A stretch of 64,000 nucleotides of DNA from Myxococcales bacterium (GTDB taxonomy: Bacteria; Myxococcota_A; Polyangia; Polyangiales; GCA-016699535): the NCBI GenBank assembly GCA_020633325.1, contig JACKDX010000001.1, positions 1,522,179 through 1,586,178 on the forward strand, read 5' to 3'. This document shows positions 62,744 through 64,000 of this stretch, in pieces. Below the pieces are notes generated by a model that saw only the letters and a program-made list of their open reading frames with translations, ran no database searches and was not told where the DNA came from. Position numbers and translations under genes: made by a program. Position 1 is the first letter of the stretch. Each line of letters begins with the position of its first letter.

Positions 62744-64000
62744 GCGCGAACCAGGACTGGCGACTGCTCGGCCGACTTGCGCATGTGGTCAAACCGCATT
62801 GGCGTGCGGTTGCCGGCGCGTTGGCCCTTATGCCCCTGGGTGCCGTGCTCATGCTGTATCAGCCACTTCTTATCAAACGGGCCATCGACGCCGTGGTCGT
62901 CCATAAGGATCTCAACATCCTTGTGCAAGTCGCGGGCCTCTACCTCGCCGTGATCGTGGGCGATGCGGTGGGAAAGTTCGCGCAGATTTACCTCGTTCAG
63001 CTTGCGGGTCAGCGCTCGATGGCCGAGCTGCGGGCGAAAGTCTACTCACACATTCAGCGCCTTCATATGGGCATTTACGATCGCACACCGGTCGGACGCT
63101 TGGTGACCAGGGTCACCAATGACATCGATGCGCTAGGAGAGTTCTTTGGATCCGGAGCGGTCACGGCCTTTGCGGACGTATTCGCGCTGATTGGGATTGT
63201 TGTCTTCATGCTGTACCTGGACTGGCGACTCAGTTTGTTTGCTTTTGCGGTTTTACCCCCCATGGCAGTGATGATCGAATGGTGTCGGCGACAGTTGCGC
63301 TCGGCATTTCGCATCGTAAGGGCCAAAATCGCGGAGCTAAATGCCTATCTCGCAGAACAAGTCCAAGGCATATTTACTGTGCAAGCATACGGGCGTCAGC
63401 TGGCATGTCAGGCCGAGTTTGAGACCATCAATAATGAATACCGGCAGGCGAGTTACACGACGATCCGTTACGATGCATTGATGTACTCCGTCGTGGAGGC
63501 GGCCTCGACGGTGTGTGTGGCCGTCGTCCTTTGGTATGCGGCAGTGCGCGTGGGCTGGCTTGATGACCAAGGCGCTGGCGCAAGCTACATTGGGACCGTA
63601 GCGGCCTTCTACGAATACTTGCAACGGTTTTTCGTGCCGGTGCGCGATTTATCCACAAAGTATACCGTGATTCAGCAATCAATGGCGGCCGCCGAGCGGG
63701 TGTTTGGCGTACTCGATGTGGCAGAGCTCGACGTCCCTTCCGCCGGGTCTAGGGACATCCATATCGAGGGTGATAGCGATTCCGTGGTGGTCGAGTTCGA
63801 GGATGTGAGCTTCGCATACCGAACAGATCAGCCAGTACTTCACGAGGTAAGTTTTCAGGTGCGACGAGGAGAGACGGTGGCTTTGGTCGGCGCAACCGCA
63901 TCCGGAAAGACCACGGTGCTTTCTTTACTGCTTCGGCTCTATGATAATGCCGCCGGACTCATCACGGTGACTGGTCGGGACATTCGGAAACTTGATCCTC
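62740..64000 (+). CDS. ABC transporter, fused permease/ATPase, second half-transporter (3' end beyond the window)
   Basis: My translation from ATG 62740 (ATGA overlap with the upstream stop): MSANQDWRLLGRLAHVVKPHW..., TMD with YDRTPVGRLVTRVTNDIDAL, then Walker A GETVALVGATASGKTT near 63870-63915. Not in the ORF track because no stop lies in the window. Confidence 0.85.
   Translation, partial: MSANQDWRLLGRLAHVVKPHWRAVAGALALMPLGAVLMLYQPLLIKRAIDAVVVHKDLNILVQVAGLYLAVIVGDAVGKFAQIYLVQLAGQRSMAELRAKVYSHIQRLHMGIYDRTPVGRLVTRVTNDIDALGEFFGSGAVTAFADVFALIGIVVFMLYLDWRLSLFAFAVLPPMAVMIEWCRRQLRSAFRIVRAKIAELNAYLAEQVQGIFTVQAYGRQLACQAEFETINNEYRQASYTTIRYDALMYSVVEAASTVCVAVVLWYAAVRVGWLDDQGAGASYIGTVAAFYEYLQRFFVPVRDLSTKYTVIQQSMAAAERVFGVLDVAELDVPSAGSRDIHIEGDSDSVVVEFEDVSFAYRTDQPVLHEVSFQVRRGETVALVGATASGKTTVLSLLLRLYDNAAGLITVTGRDIRKLDP

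Noticed and set aside
1-64000. Scan for tRNA/rRNA/tmRNA genes, IS elements, integrases, phage genes, toxin-antitoxin pairs or known defence systems.
   Set aside because: None was recognised by eye in the ORF translations or the intergenic regions, the longest of which are about 150-250 nt. A covariance-model search (Infernal/tRNAscan) would be needed to exclude small RNAs.

Overview
GC-rich bacterial chromosomal segment (composition judged by eye, not computed). The gene content looks myxobacterial or Bradymonadales-like: four Hanks-type Ser/Thr kinases plus PrkA and a PP2C phosphatase, five PEGA-domain proteins, two ECF sigma factors and many lipoproteins. The taxon call is inference only. 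I could support 52 CDS, one tandem repeat array and one intrinsic terminator. I recognised no rRNA, tRNA, CRISPR, IS/transposase, integrase or phage genes.

Well-supported housekeeping genes are greA, recG, pdxJ, nnr, rlpA, scpA, scpB, glyQ, glyS, mutS, aroA, cmk and rpsA.

The most unusual region is the left edge (1-6290, minus strand). Two PEGA-domain membrane proteins are followed without a gap by a head-to-tail array of at least four near-identical genes of about 0.87-0.94 kb. These encode very cysteine-rich (CxxC-module) lipoproteins. Each stop overlaps the next start by 1 nt (TGATG). The copies differ only in sharply bounded cassettes, one of which adds exactly one 24-aa Cys module. The array runs off the window.

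The second candidate system is a translationally coupled minus-strand operon (21478-27492). It encodes a secreted protein with about seven CarboxypepD_reg-like domains, a small lipoprotein, a possibly circularly permuted ATP-grasp/TTL-like ligase, an AstE/AspA-type zinc hydrolase and a GshB-like ATP-grasp ligase.

Other oddities:
- glyQ and glyS are separated by a membrane protein and a PEGA kinase.
- Two beta-propeller lipoproteins are translationally coupled to mutS.
- A ThiF/MoeB enzyme carries its rhodanese domain at the N-terminus.
- An ECF sigma operon ends in a Spy/CpxP-like protein with a Cys-rich tail.

All functional calls come from reading motifs in the supplied translations. No database search was run.
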